Source: Antedon mediterranea | Lineage: Eukaryota > Animalia > Echinodermata | Assembly (NCBI RefSeq): GCF_964355755.1 | Contig: NC_092675.1 | Location: 19,192,912 to 19,256,911 of the forward strand | Reading direction: 5' to 3' | Length of the DNA: 64,000 nt | In this document: positions 63,797-64,000 of the stretch, piece by piece | Layout: the number at the start of each line of letters is the position of its first letter | Position numbering within the stretch: position 1 is the stretch's first letter | The notes under the pieces: generated by a model | The model's database searches: none | Told to the model about the DNA's origin: nothing | The model's input: the letters and a program-made list of their open reading frames with translations, nothing else | Program-made: the position numbers and the translations under genes

Positions 63797-64000
63797 TTAT
63801 TAAATATTTAGCTAATTTAATGCTTATAAAATCCAGATCACTAGTAATCATGGCATAAACTGAAAACATGTTTAAAATAAAATAAGCATCTGCTTTAAAC
63901 TTTAGATATCCTATTATAATACTTTAATTTATTTAACCTTTTTGGTAAAATATATATTGACAGGATACTATACAAATGTAAGGTTCTAAGTTCACACTCT

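Noticed and set aside
57755-64000. UNC5 Ig-domain exons
   Set aside because: No Ig-like frame with splice sites was seen; they probably lie beyond the window end.

Overview
AT-rich animal genomic DNA, probably from an invertebrate deuterostome (inferred from vertebrate-like intron positions and a Deu/Nin-type SINE). Two intron-rich genes lie in tandem on the minus strand. One is the 3' part of an UNC5 netrin receptor: 11 exons from TSP1-1 to the death domain (57754-29716), with the Ig exons beyond the window. The other is a JNK MAP kinase (coding exons 7866-134). Most other ORF-track entries are spurious. Main observations: (1) JNK has an intact tandem pair of 125-nt exons (2567-2691, 2395-2519) separated by only 47 nt. 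This is a mutually exclusive exon design over kinase subdomain XI and the CD docking site, at a different position from the vertebrate 6a/6b pair. (2) JNK keeps a U12-type intron after a single exon-6 equivalent. (3) A family of 22-30 bp hairpins with CATRG...CYATG ends and 7-bp flanking direct repeats looks like P-element excision footprints. (4) Two Helentron-type (HINE) elements bracket a tandem tRNA-Val pair inside a JNK intron. The window also contains many MITEs, SINEs and LINE remnants. All coordinates and translations were derived by hand.
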